DNA of 64,000 nt from the NCBI GenBank assembly GCA_013239625.1, contig MU054220.1:5688626-5752625 (forward strand), written 5' to 3'. The number at the start of each line of letters is the position of its first letter. Position 1 is the first letter of the stretch. The DNA comes from Lama guanicoe. Its lineage: Eukaryota. The position numbers and the translations under genes are program-made. Shown here piece by piece: positions 12,624-23,598 of this stretch. Below the pieces are notes generated by a model. That model made no database searches and was not told the DNA's origin. It saw only the letters and a list, made by a program, of their open reading frames with translations.

Positions 12624-14307
12624 GTGTTGCCATGAGGTTTCCTATTGTTTGAGGCTGGCTTCCTCATAGGAACACAAAATTATCTCATCCTCCCACCTTT
12701 GACTTCCTCAGCAGCCTGAAAGTAGATGGGGGAATGCCAATCTCGGATCAAAGCTGAGTCAATGGCCTGACACAATTCTGACTATACTTAGGCAAGAGCA
12801 ATAAGACATACTCAACTTCTGAAACTGAGATAACTTTCTTATGGATGGTTTGTATTTATTTATTTTATTCGGGAAAATAGTTTAGACCACATACCACCAC
12901 ATTCATGGAAAAAATAATGTAGCTGTGAAATACTTGCTCAGAATATTGCTCTAATATGGTTCCAGCAAATTGACCTTGTTGCTGTTTTGCTTAAGACTTC
13001 ATAGACGTCAGCCTCGAAAGATGCTCGTGGTTTCTTCAGTGAATGAGGGATAACAAATGAACTGTGTGTGTATATATATAATATATACATAAACATACAT
13101 ATATAAATTTATATGTATTATATATATATCATTCTCTCAAAGAATAATTCAGAGACAGTTATTAGATCATAGCAAAATATGCAAATAGAGAAAGATCAAT
13201 CATGTATAGATTATCCTCACAATCAAAAGCAAAGGCAGGACTTATGAATATTTCAACAATGAACTGTACAGGATGTATCTGCATCTGTTCAGTGGTGACC
13301 AGGAGATAAGCCAGGTTTTGGATCAGTTCCTTCGTTATGAATTTTGTTCTCTCTTTGGTCAGCCAGAGGAGCCAAATTGTCAACGAGACTTCAGTGTCTT
13401 TTTGATACAGAGTACCAGCTGAATGTTGGCTCAAGTTAATGGCTAGCTAAGGAATGCTCTGGGAGCCATTCCCCATCTGGAGTGGTTCTTTTGTATTAGT
13501 CGGTTAAAAGATATAAAGATACTTGTTGATTGTCAACTAAATGTCAGGACTACGCACGTTCAATAGGAAGAGGCATCCAGGAAAAAAATCTTCCTTTGAA
13601 GAATGTATAGGAGAAATGGTTGGGATTATAATTTAATTTCATTCCAGTGCCAATAATGTCTAACTTCCTAAAAGTAACTTAGTCTTAGCCACCAATGTGA
13701 AGTATCAGCATTTTCACTTTCATAAAAGTAGGCATATCCCTATTATCTGAAGACCAATTTGTACCCAAACTTTAGTTCTGAGAAATAGTAATGACAGAGA
13801 GAGGGAAAGGAGAAAAGAAAGAAAAAGTTTCAGGAATAAAGAAATAGATTTTATATTATTTCCTACATTTACATTCTGTCATTTTTCAAGTGAGTCTGTG
13901 TCATATTAACCACTCATCAAATTGTCATTATGGAACTGTGCTTTAACAGAATGCTCTTGGCTATTCTTCGGGTCTTCACAATAAAAAGCCATATCCAGAT
14001 CGTGTTCATATTTTTTTTGTAAATCATTCCCTATGTAAAATTTCATATGAAATATAATGTTTAAATTTTGTACTGGGAATTTTCTTTTTCTGCCCCAGAA
14101 ATTGGCAGAAATTACTCTTCATTATTATTTTTAGTAGGAAATTCTTAGATACACTTGGTGGTGCTACACTGGTCTTCACGTTTGCTGTATTTATTTTCTT
14201 ATTCTCCCAGGATTTTCATTTTTATATTCCTCTATTTCAATTTTTCAAAACTTATTGTGTATTTTATGTGTTATGAGCTACTTCTGGTTATTCTTTAAAG
14301 ATGAGAA

Positions 14308-14377
14308 GGATAGATGATGGTAGATAGATCATAGATGGATGGATGGATGGATGAATGGATGGATAGATGGATGGATG

Positions 14378-14425
<48 letters not shown>
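14308..14425. repeat. (GGAT)n/(GATA)n compound tetranucleotide STR
   Basis: Seen directly. Confidence 0.95.
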
Positions 14426-15516
14426 TTCCTGAAAGTTAGACATTCTGCATTCCAACAGCAACTGGGAGCCTATTTCCCTTACTTTAAGTGGTAAAAATTC
14501 TAATGTTACATACATGTCATCTCAAAATCCACAACCACTTTTCTAAAATGTAACTAAAACAAACTACCTGTATAAGGCTCAAACTAATGTTATTAGTATA
14601 TAAAGTGCTTAAAACATCACTTTCTGATCATCAATGTATTAATCATGTTGAGTCGCTTTCTGTGTGGTAACATCTTTCCTTTTATTGTAATTGTTTTTCT
14701 TCTTTAGTTTTATTCTTTTCTTTAGCAAAATGTTAATTTTAGGAGGGAGTCATTGAACAGCATTAGGCAAAAAAAAAAAAATTGCTAAACATAAGTTACT
14801 TTGTAAATCCGCTCAGTACAAGATCATGATGACAGGAAATGGCTCACATTGGGTTTGACACTGTGATGCCTCTCTTAGCACCAGCAGCACTGAGCTCCAC
14901 ATCCCCTTTGTTGATGCTCAGAATTCTTTCCAAAAGGTCTGCCATGTTCACTTTCAATCAATCGTATTTGGAACGGCAACTCGTAGCTGTTATTGCCCAT
15001 TGTCTTTTCACTGCACATTGCAAATGTTTCATTTGGAACTGGGAAGGTAGATATAAATATTTCCTAGGTATATTGGCTGAAAAATGTTGTATCTAGAGAT
15101 AAGTGCATTCTATAAAGTTAGGCATTGAAAACTAACACATGTTCTAGAAGGAGAAGAAATTCAGTGGTAAGAGTTTTATAGAATGTGCCTTTACAATGTA
15201 ATGCAGTTTTCAAAGCTATGGTAAAGATGATTTTAGTGGCATGCTCCATGGTGGGGATGGAGAAAGTAAACAAATGTTGTATTTACTTTTGAGCAACTCA
15301 GCTGAAGCAAAACTGAAGATGGGGCAAGGGGAGCAACTTATTCCAGAACTAAGAAGAAAAGTATTTTTAGAATCACCTCATATCATTAGAGTGTAGCTGT
15401 CACTTACCTTTAGTAGTGTCAGAGTTCAGTTTTTATTATTATACACATTTTTCTGCTTATCTTGTATTTATGGCAAGTGCTAAGGGTTCTACATTTATTG
15501 TAGTAGTGACTTTTCC

Positions 15517-15551
<35 letters not shown>

Positions 15552-15554
15552 TAT
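15517..15554. repeat. (TA)n(CA)n microsatellite
   Basis: Seen directly. Confidence 0.95.
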
Positions 15555-15769
15555 ATTTGAATTGGGTAAAATAATCTAAATGGCATGTGAATGAGACAAA
15601 ATTATGAAGATATGTGAATAAATAAAGTTTGACAGCAATTAGAATTGTCTTCCATTAACTACTTATGATCTTGGTCAGGTTATTTAACATTTTAAGTCTT
15701 ATTTTCCTACCTATAAAATGTAGATAATTACATTCATCTTGTGATCATTTTTAAAGATAAGTATATTAA

Positions 15770-16210
15770 TTGAATTTTCTCCAAAAGCAGACCATGAGAT
15801 AAGGACTAGAATATGATCATTAGGAATACTAATGAGACTGTGACACTGAGTTGAGGGACAAAAAAAGTAAAGGGTGTAGATTGCACTGTGAGCAACTGGG
15901 ACACAGTTGGCCTGGGGAGCCTTGAAGAAACCGTGTGAAACTTACTGCAGAAATGTTCCAACAGAGGATGAGAAGTTGGGACACTTTTTCACATGCTCTT
16001 CTTCCCTGGGAATTTTAACTCTCCTCCTATTTTAGACCTTCATACATCTAAGCCCCTTCATGATGTCATTAAAAACTCTCAGGCAAGAGATGAAGAGAGA
16101 TGAATGCACCTGAGATAGGGCACTGTTATCATTCTAGAAATTACCACAGCAGCAAGTAAATCCAGAGGTGGGACAAGAGGATGGGACATTGCATCGATAG
16201 TGCCTGATAC
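15770..16210 (-). mobile_element. ERV-L 3' LTR (LTR33/LTR41/LTR16 group)
   Basis: Begins ttctccaaaagcagaccatgagataagga (reverse of an ERVL LTR 3' end); aligns by eye to 22005-22230. Confidence 0.75.
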
Positions 16211-16810
16211 AGATACTTACATCTCTCAGATCTTCTTGTTCCCCATATCAAGTCCTCTCTTTCACTGACATTTCAATGTGGTGGCCAGATTCAAAATCTA
16301 TAATAGATTGTAAATACAGACAACTGTGATGAAGCTACACTTCCCACTACTGCACCTGGTCCCAAAGCCATTGTTTATATTACTCAAATATCTCCATTAC
16401 TACCTATTCTTGATTCCTCTCACCTATGGACAGTGCTTTAACTAGTCTGAATGGCTTTCCTGGGTCGGGGCAGAGGAGAGGGGTGACCTAAGCCTTAATT
16501 TTTAAGTCAGAACCCCTGCTTAAAATGTTCTTATTGGGTTATGAGTGCTAGATTCCCATCTACAGCCATCACTGGATAATGAAATATCAAGGAGCACTCC
16601 TGAAAATGCCCTGAATTCCAGTCATATTCTTCCATGTCCTAATTATACCCAAGTTACTTGAGTTATCCGTAATAATAAAGTTTGGTTATCTTTTGCAAGT
16701 GTAGTAACGTTCTTTTCTGTTCTGTTGACATGAAGAGTCCAAAACAACCAAGAGGGCAGTAGTTATTTTTGGTTCAGCAAACTCTTAATGTATCTCCTGT
16801 TGGAAGCATT

Positions 16811-16881
16811 CCTGACCTGGATAAATGACCTCTGATGCAGCAACTGACCTGGTGCATTAGAGGTCATTTACCCAGGTCAGG
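16811..16881. repeat. 29-bp inverted repeat (27/29 identity) with 13-nt spacer
   Basis: cctgacctggataaatgacctctgatgca (16811-16839) versus tgcattagaggtcatttacccaggtcagg (16853-16881). Confidence 0.95.
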
Positions 16882-17308
16882 GATACTTAGGGCTGCAGTG
16901 ACAATGTACCACAAATTGGGTGACTTTAAACAGAAATTCATTATGTCAGGTTCTTGAGGCTTAAAGTCTGAAATCAAGGTGTTGATAGGGTCATGCTCTA
17001 TTGGATCTAGGGAAGAATCTGTTCCATTCCTTTCTTTTAACTTCTGGTGTCACTGACAGTCAAAGTTTTTTGGCTTTCATCTGCAAGCTCCATCTCTACC
17101 TCCCTTGTCACATGGTGTTGTCCTTTTATGTGAGTCTTTTCCTCTTCTTAAATGGACACTAGTTACATTGGATCAGAGGCCATCCCAATGACCTCATCTT
17201 AACTTGATTATATGTGCAAGGACTGTATTTAAATAAAGTTACATTTACAGGTACTCCTGGTTAGGAATTCAACATACCTTTTTGGTGGACACAATTCAAC
17301 CAATAACT
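16882..17308 (-). mobile_element. MaLR LTR (MLT1B/C-like) nested in the ERV-L
   Basis: tagggctgcagtgacaatgtaccacaaattgggtgac...aatgacctcatcttaacttgattata...ggacacaattcaaccaataac. Confidence 0.88.
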
Positions 17309-18252
17309 GAGTAAGGGAGGGAACAGTTCCCCAGGTTGGTCACTGAGAATGAAAGAGGTCAAGGCTACTTCTACTTCTTAAGGGCTTTTGGTTCTAAGTA
17401 TAGACCACACCCTAGAGGATAGTGTTCCAACCATTCATGGTGTTGTTCTCAAGATGATTCCTTAGCTGAGTCTTTAAAAATCCATTAAAAAGTTCAATCA
17501 GAATAGTGGTGTTTGAGTGATGCTGTATGTGCTAGGAACTATTAATTCCATGGTCATGTGCACTTTCTTAATCATAAAGTGGTTCCCTTAGTCTGAAGCA
17601 ATCTTTGGTGGCATTTTATCAATTACTCTCTGAGTCTTTGGATGATGATGCTGGCCCAGGAAATGTGAACGAGGAAGGAAAATTCATGTCCCAAGTAAGT
17701 AACAATCCTTGTAGAGATGAATGGCTACACCTTCAGAATTAAGAGGCCCCAAAGTAAACCGCTTTGCCAAGTGGCTAGTAGGTCTTCAAAAGGGCTCATA
17801 CTTATAAAAGTTTAGTGTTTGTTTTTGATACTGACATGCTAAAAGTGACAGCTACTAGGTTCGTCTCACTGGGAAGGGGTGAATGCTAATTGATCAAAAA
17901 ATACCCTCCATTCCTACCACCTTGGCTACTTTGTTTATGGACCCATTGTGCAAGCATTAGGTTATTCATGGAAAGAGGCTAGCTAACCACCTTTGGATGA
18001 GCCATTCTATCTACTTCTTATTAAATGCTTCATCTGAGGTGGGTGCTTTCTGATGGGCACTGAAGTGAGAAATCATGACCTGAACAATCTGTGCTCATTC
18101 TCATAAGCCCATTTACCTATGTCTTCCCCAAAACTTCTTATCTCCAGTCATCTGATCTTGCTCTTTCCAGACCCCTTCCATGCCATCTGAGCACTCTCCA
18201 CTACCCAATATTGCATGCATACCCATATCTTAGACCGTGTCTTCCTCTATAT

Positions 18253-18465
18253 CAGGAGTCAGGCTGGATCATAAATATTTAAATATTTGTTTCAGGCCAG
18301 ATAGTCTTTGTTGCAACTCTGTCTCAACTCTCATTGTAGTGTGAAAGCAAATATAGGCAATATGGAAAAAAACCCATGAGTATGGCTATATTCCAATAAA
18401 ACTTTATTTACAAGATCAGGCAGTTGACTATATTTGGCTCATGGGCCATTGTTTACCAATCCCTT
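18253..18465 (+). mobile_element. hAT-Charlie MITE (MER58A-like) nested in ERV-L pol
   Basis: Perfect 8-bp TSD ctctatat (18245-18252 and 18466-18473); ends caggagtc.../...gtttaccaatccctt; internal ttccaataaaactttatttacaa. Confidence 0.9.
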
Positions 18466-19431
18466 CTCTATATGAAGGTGTTGAACAAATCTATATCAAT
18501 GTTCTGCTTACTGGAAGGTTTTTTTTTTTTCTCACCAGAGGCCTTGAATGGGGGTATAAAGTGATTGCTGTCCATTTTTGCTCACATCAGTATTTTGAGC
18601 TGATACATCCATGAACCAAGCCCAATTTTCTTTCTCCTGTGTCAACTGGTCTTGGGGACTCCCACAAGTCCATAATCTGAACTGAGGGTAGGGTGCTGAC
18701 ATAGCATAGGCAGGTGACATTGGCATGTAGAGTATCTGGTAGGTAACTTCCTTTTGTCTTCTGGACCTGCTCAGTTCTAGTAGCAAATTTTCTATTATCA
18801 CATGATGGACTGGTTCTGCACCCATTTAGCTTAATGAACTGGGGGGTGTCTGACAAAACCCAGCCTGTGGTAGGCAGCTACATTTTCATAGCTATTTTAT
18901 TTCCCATCGTGTGGCATTTAGCTTTGACTAAGGCCCAGTAGCATTCCAGAAGCAGGTTTTCAAATAATGTGTAATACTCTGCTGAAGAAGGCATGGCTTT
19001 GCTCTAGAGCACTGGGGAACTGTATTGTAATTTTCCTATTATACTTACTAGAGACTCCACATGCCACCCTTATCTGCTGCAGATACGCTGGCCTAAATTG
19101 AGCTGCAGGGCAAGTTGTACTAATATAGCCTAAAACTAATACAGAATCCTCTTTTGCTTAGATATGCTCTCTGCCTCCAAAATCCAAACCAGTCCCCAAG
19201 CAGTATGCATTTTTCCTTCATGGTGAAGGTACAAAGTATGGTAACTTTTGTCTTACTTTGGAAGCAATGTTCCAGCATATCATAGACAGTTTTGCTCCTA
19301 AAGCTTCACAAAAGTGGCAGCCCTTTGAATCTCTGTAAGGTTTATATTCTGTAGTCGCACATGCATGTGTCTTGACAGGGCATTCAAAATACTTGCTCTG
19401 TTTTTCTTTACTAGGTTCAAATGCTATGATG

Positions 19432-19830
19432 TGTCAGGTTCAATTCTCAAGGAAGAAGGTTGCAGGACTTGAATTAGCATGCAGAAGGTTTATTAGGGAG
19501 TGTTCTTGGGGGCAACACTGTAGAAGGTAAATGAAGGATGATTGGTCAGAAGGCGATGAGCTATGATGCAGTTTTAACAAAAACACTGGAACTGAAATAA
19601 ACCTTTTTCTTAAAAATTTTCCCCAGATGGGGTGAATTAGTCAAGCTTTTATACCCCAACATTGATCAGTCATTGGAGACAGGCCATCCCGAAAAGAAAG
19701 CATGAATCAGGCTAAGGTGGCTCTCTCCAGCGGGGGCAATCCCCAGGAAGACTAAGAGTTGAGGTCCATCTTTTGGCAGTACTCCCAGAAGCTGGAAGGC
19801 CTTCACACATGCATGGAGGTTTGGGCCATT
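19432..19830 (-). mobile_element. ERVL solo LTR (LTR33-like) nested in ERV-L RT
   Basis: gcatgcagaaggtttattagggagtgttcttgg...ttataccccaacattgatcagtcattgg...gggggcaatcccc; RT-like text resumes on both sides. Confidence 0.75.
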
Positions 19831-22004
19831 CTTTACATCATCCTCCTAATTAATGTAGAGGACAAATGATATTCTTCAGACTATCAAGGAATTCTTAGTC
19901 TCTTTGGACATGACTGCAAGTGAAAGCTGGAAAGTTAACATAAGTGAATTTATGCCAAGTGGATGAAAGATGCTTTTGATTCTCTTTCCTGTTGGAGATT
20001 GAAAAGAACACATTTGTCAGATCCATGACCCCATACCTACTGCCAAGCCTATGTTGATCTGTCCCTTTAAAGATATACCCAGCAGAATAGATGTGATTGG
20101 GGCCATCATTCAGTTAGGTTTAAATGATGATAGCCTTCATCTGCTGTGGTTCATCTGTCTCTTGCAGAGACCATCCCAATGAATCAAATAGGGATATGTT
20201 GGACACCCCAATCCCATTCAGATGCTTTAAGGTAGCACTATTCTCTGCAAGTCCACCTGGAGTACATACTGCTTCTGATATATTCCCTGGACCAGTGGGG
20301 CAGTTTCAGAGGCTTTCATTTGGCTCTTCCCACCAGCCTGTGTATCCAGGTACTAGGTGAAAAAAAGCAAAACAGAGGAAAATTCTATGGGCTGATTGGG
20401 CCCACCATCATGTAGACCTGATCCAGGGTTTCGTTTGTCACCTGGACTCTATATACCTTCATTCTAAGAGAAATTCATGCTAGCATTTCAGATCTCCTGT
20501 TTGTCAGATCAGTGCATGTTTCTGCAAATCCTAAAATGGTAAAAATATTTCCTTTACCCCAGGATACATTTACACTGAAGAATGGCTGCATGAGAAGGTT
20601 TGGGAGAATATTTAATACATATACTTGTATGATTTTAAGATCCTCCCTCAGGAAAGCCCAGTCTCTCCTTTAATAGATGGGCTCTGGGTTTCAAAATGGC
20701 ACAAATCTGGAAAGTAGGTGAGAGATCATGGTTTTCCATTGTTGCAGTGGAGTACACCACCTCTCGATATAAGTCAAGCAGTTATTTGTGGTCTGTCTTT
20801 CTATTTCATTTCTAGGAATACCTTGGGTTACTAGCTATTGCAACAATTCCCTGAGTGTCAAGGCCCTCCCGTTTCCACCTGAACCTCATTGCCTATGGCA
20901 GGAATCCACCCGCCTTTCCTCAGAAGATTATGTGTCACCACCTTGCCTCTGCTCTCCCACAGTCCAGGCATTTCCATGGACACTAGTGAAAACCCAGATC
21001 TGTAGCAGCATCTTCTATTATCAATCCTGATCTATAGAGGACAGTCACCACTACACTTCTCAGTGAGGCCACTGCCCCTCTCCTTACTAGTGTATTCTTA
21101 TTGCTTTAATAAATGATGTTATCTCTGGACCTCCCAGGAGGTAGTCAGCAGGTGGGTTATCTGATTTCACATAGTAAATCTATTCTAATGCTCACCTCTC
21201 TGTTTCCTTCCTAAATGCCCATACCAAGGCACTTCTGGTACCTAAACCTCATTTCCTGTAGGTTACTATCCGATTCAAACTATGGGAGCCATACCATTTT
21301 AATGTTCGAATCCAATCCTAGGTCTTTGCCAAGATGTAAAATTCTGGTCATAGAGAGAGCTCCCGTGTCAATAAACTCCTCCACCATGCCTCAAATTCCA
21401 CACTTCCTGGTACAATATCTTTAAGATCCACTCTCTTTATTGTCTCAGTAGTCACTGTCGGTACATATTAGCAAAATCCTACAGTTCTTGGGTGAATAAG
21501 GAATTTTCTACCAAAGTAAGACTGTATTTCTCTGTGTTATCCATAGACTGATTCTAGGTGTTAGTCTAGAGGCAACGAGGGGAAGCAGGAGTAGATATTG
21601 AAGAAGTCAAGCATCATTTTGTGAGACGTAGACCTCATCTGAGGCTGTTAGCTATTCCTAATAAGGCTTTCACTTCAGCATAGGGGAGCTGCCAGTGTAG
21701 TAAGTCTTTACAGCTCTGCTATCCTTATGATCAAATACTTGACCTGACACTGTAGCTGCAGGGAAGGGGATTCTCTTTAAATTCTGACATGAATGCCTCC
21801 TGTTTTTCACAAAATACTTGAAGTGAATAGCATTTTAACTTATGCTTGCCATTCTTCTTCAAGGCTTCTAGGACGGTTAACAAAAGCCAGTTTTCCTGAT
21901 ATCATCACCCTACTTAGCACCAAAATGGGATCCACTGACAGTGAGTGATCCAATCCCAGGATCCCATTCTAAGCATTTGCTTTCAAGGGCTTTTTTGGCA
22001 CAAG

Positions 22005-22230
22005 AGTCAAAGTTTGATCTCCCCTAAAAGCAGACCCTGGGGCTTTAACTTGCTTACATTTTTGAGTTGCACTCATGTGCAGCAGAGAGACCTCATAGAC
22101 AGAGGCAGAGAAGTGTATGTCCTTGAGGCAGAAAGTTATCAGCATCCTGAAAACTGTCACAGCTTCAGGCAAGTGCAGCAGTGGGCTCAGGATACTCGAG
22201 ATGGGCAGCAATTCCCTATGAGAGAATAAA
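22005..22230 (-). mobile_element. ERV-L 5' LTR, internally deleted
   Basis: ctcccctaaaagcagaccctgggg and gttatcagcatcctgaaaactgtcacagc align to the LTR at 15770-16210 with roughly 200 bp missing. Confidence 0.65.
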
Positions 22231-22337
22231 TGTGAAATACCTGGAACTCAAATAACTGGAAATAGCACATTATTATTGCTATCGGTATGGTTATTATTAT
22301 TGGTATTGGTATGGCTATTATTTTATTGTTATTATTA

Positions 22338-22955
22338 AAATGATTGTCATTTGTAGCAGTTATAGTCTATAAAGTTGCCATGAACACTGAGTTAGCAATA
22401 CTGAACCACTGCTCCTGGGGGAAATACAGATTTAGAATCCTGCAAGCCTTAGCTGGCAATATTTTTGTCAACAAATCAAAACATAACCTTGTTTTATGTG
22501 TGTCTCTGTTGGAAGACACCTTATTAAATATTATTGTTGAGACATTAGCATTGGACTTACAGCCAGCAGCCTTGTAACTCATGCCAGAGTAAAGCTTGTC
22601 TAACACACAAATTTCCTGCATGAGGCACATCACAGCCTTCTTGTACTGTAATGAGTGCATTTCAGCACTACATTTGGGGGCCATTTTAAACAGCAAAATC
22701 ACCAAGGAAAAAGCACAAAAATGTGAAAATGTGGGCTCAGAAGACCACAGAAAAGACACTTGTTTGTAGTACAAGAGCCAAAACAAGAGGGCAGAACATC
22801 ACCCCCTTGTTGGACCTCCGCTGGATCTGTGTACATTGGGCTGTGCTGTGCCCTGTTGCTTAAGCACCATGAGTATCACTTCGGGGATTACTAATAAATG
22901 TTAGCAAATAGCTGAATTTGCAAATATGAAACCTGAGACTGACACAGAACAACTG
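22338..22955 (+). mobile_element. TcMar-Tigger DNA transposon (MER82-like)
   Basis: ctataaagttgccatgaacactgagttagcaatactgaaccactgctcctgggggaaatacag; ends ...gaacaactg. Confidence 0.85.
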
Positions 22956-23230
22956 TTATTAGATACTTTACCATATTGGTTATATTTAGAAGGCCCTGAC
23001 TATATAAAGACCAGTAATAACTGATATTTAATTGCTTACTCTAAGCTAGTACCTGTTCTAATAGCTTTAACTGTATTTTATTCTTCAAAACCTTTGTAGT
23101 TGTAGGTACTTCATTGTCAGATGTATTAATAACTGAGGCAGAAGCCAGGTAAGCAATTTAAACTGTCCACACAGACAGTAAATGGACATATGTAAAAATT
23201 ATAAAGCACCACATTGGTGTTATGAATGCT

Positions 23231-23598
23231 GTAATGTGTCACCCTGCGTTGCCAACTGATAGCCCACAGCTCAACAATACCCTTCCAAGAAGCACTGTGC
23301 ACCAAAGGGAGCTCCCTTGCCCAAGGTTATATTCCCTTCCCAGAGGCTAACTGCAGCCCATGACTGGTCAAAGTGGGGATACAGAGTCCTGGCCCCCTCA
23401 CCTCGATAGAGGACACTTCTGAACAGTCCAGAGCCTCTCGTGGGATCAGCCATCCTGGAGTTCAGCTTCTCCCTCAGCCCAGTTCTGCTCCCCTCTCTTT
23501 CATGTAGGCGTTGTTCCTGAAAACACTCCCTAAGAAATGATGTTCACACACACCCCTCTACATTTCAGTGTCTGTTTGTTGGAAACCAGTCTATGTCA
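23231..23598 (+). mobile_element. ERVL solo LTR (LTR16-like)
   Basis: cccttgcccaaggttat...cagcccatgactggtcaaagtggggatac...cagcttctccctcagcccagttctgc. Confidence 0.8.

Larger units (their letters stand above)
16211..22004 (-). mobile_element. ERV-L internal region (gag-pro-RT-RNaseH-integrase-dUTPase), heavily decayed
   Basis: Minus-strand peptides: gag WLLLTVLEALKKN (~21850-21890); K*KPLKLP (~20300); ISLFDSLGWSLQETD (RT, ~20150-20195); DQLTQEKENWAWFMDVSA (RNase H, ~18600-18655); LAQWVHKQSSQGGR and AHDHGINSS*HIQHHSNTTILIELFNGFLK (integrase); GMLPTGDT and GCFGLFMS (dUTPase, ~16725-16812). Confidence 0.9.

Noticed and set aside
13210..13422. ~70-codon open + frame (…YEYFNNELYRMYLHLFSGDQEISQVLDQFLRYEF…)
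   Set aside because: No convincing splice acceptor or donor and no recognisable homology; length is compatible with chance
16211..22004. Domesticated or intact retroviral gene
   Set aside because: All gag/pol segments carry many stops and frameshifts, the longest open pieces are under 100 aa, and no env is seen
22367..22786. 139-aa minus-strand ORF
   Set aside because: Lies wholly inside the MER82-like non-autonomous transposon; not an intact transposase
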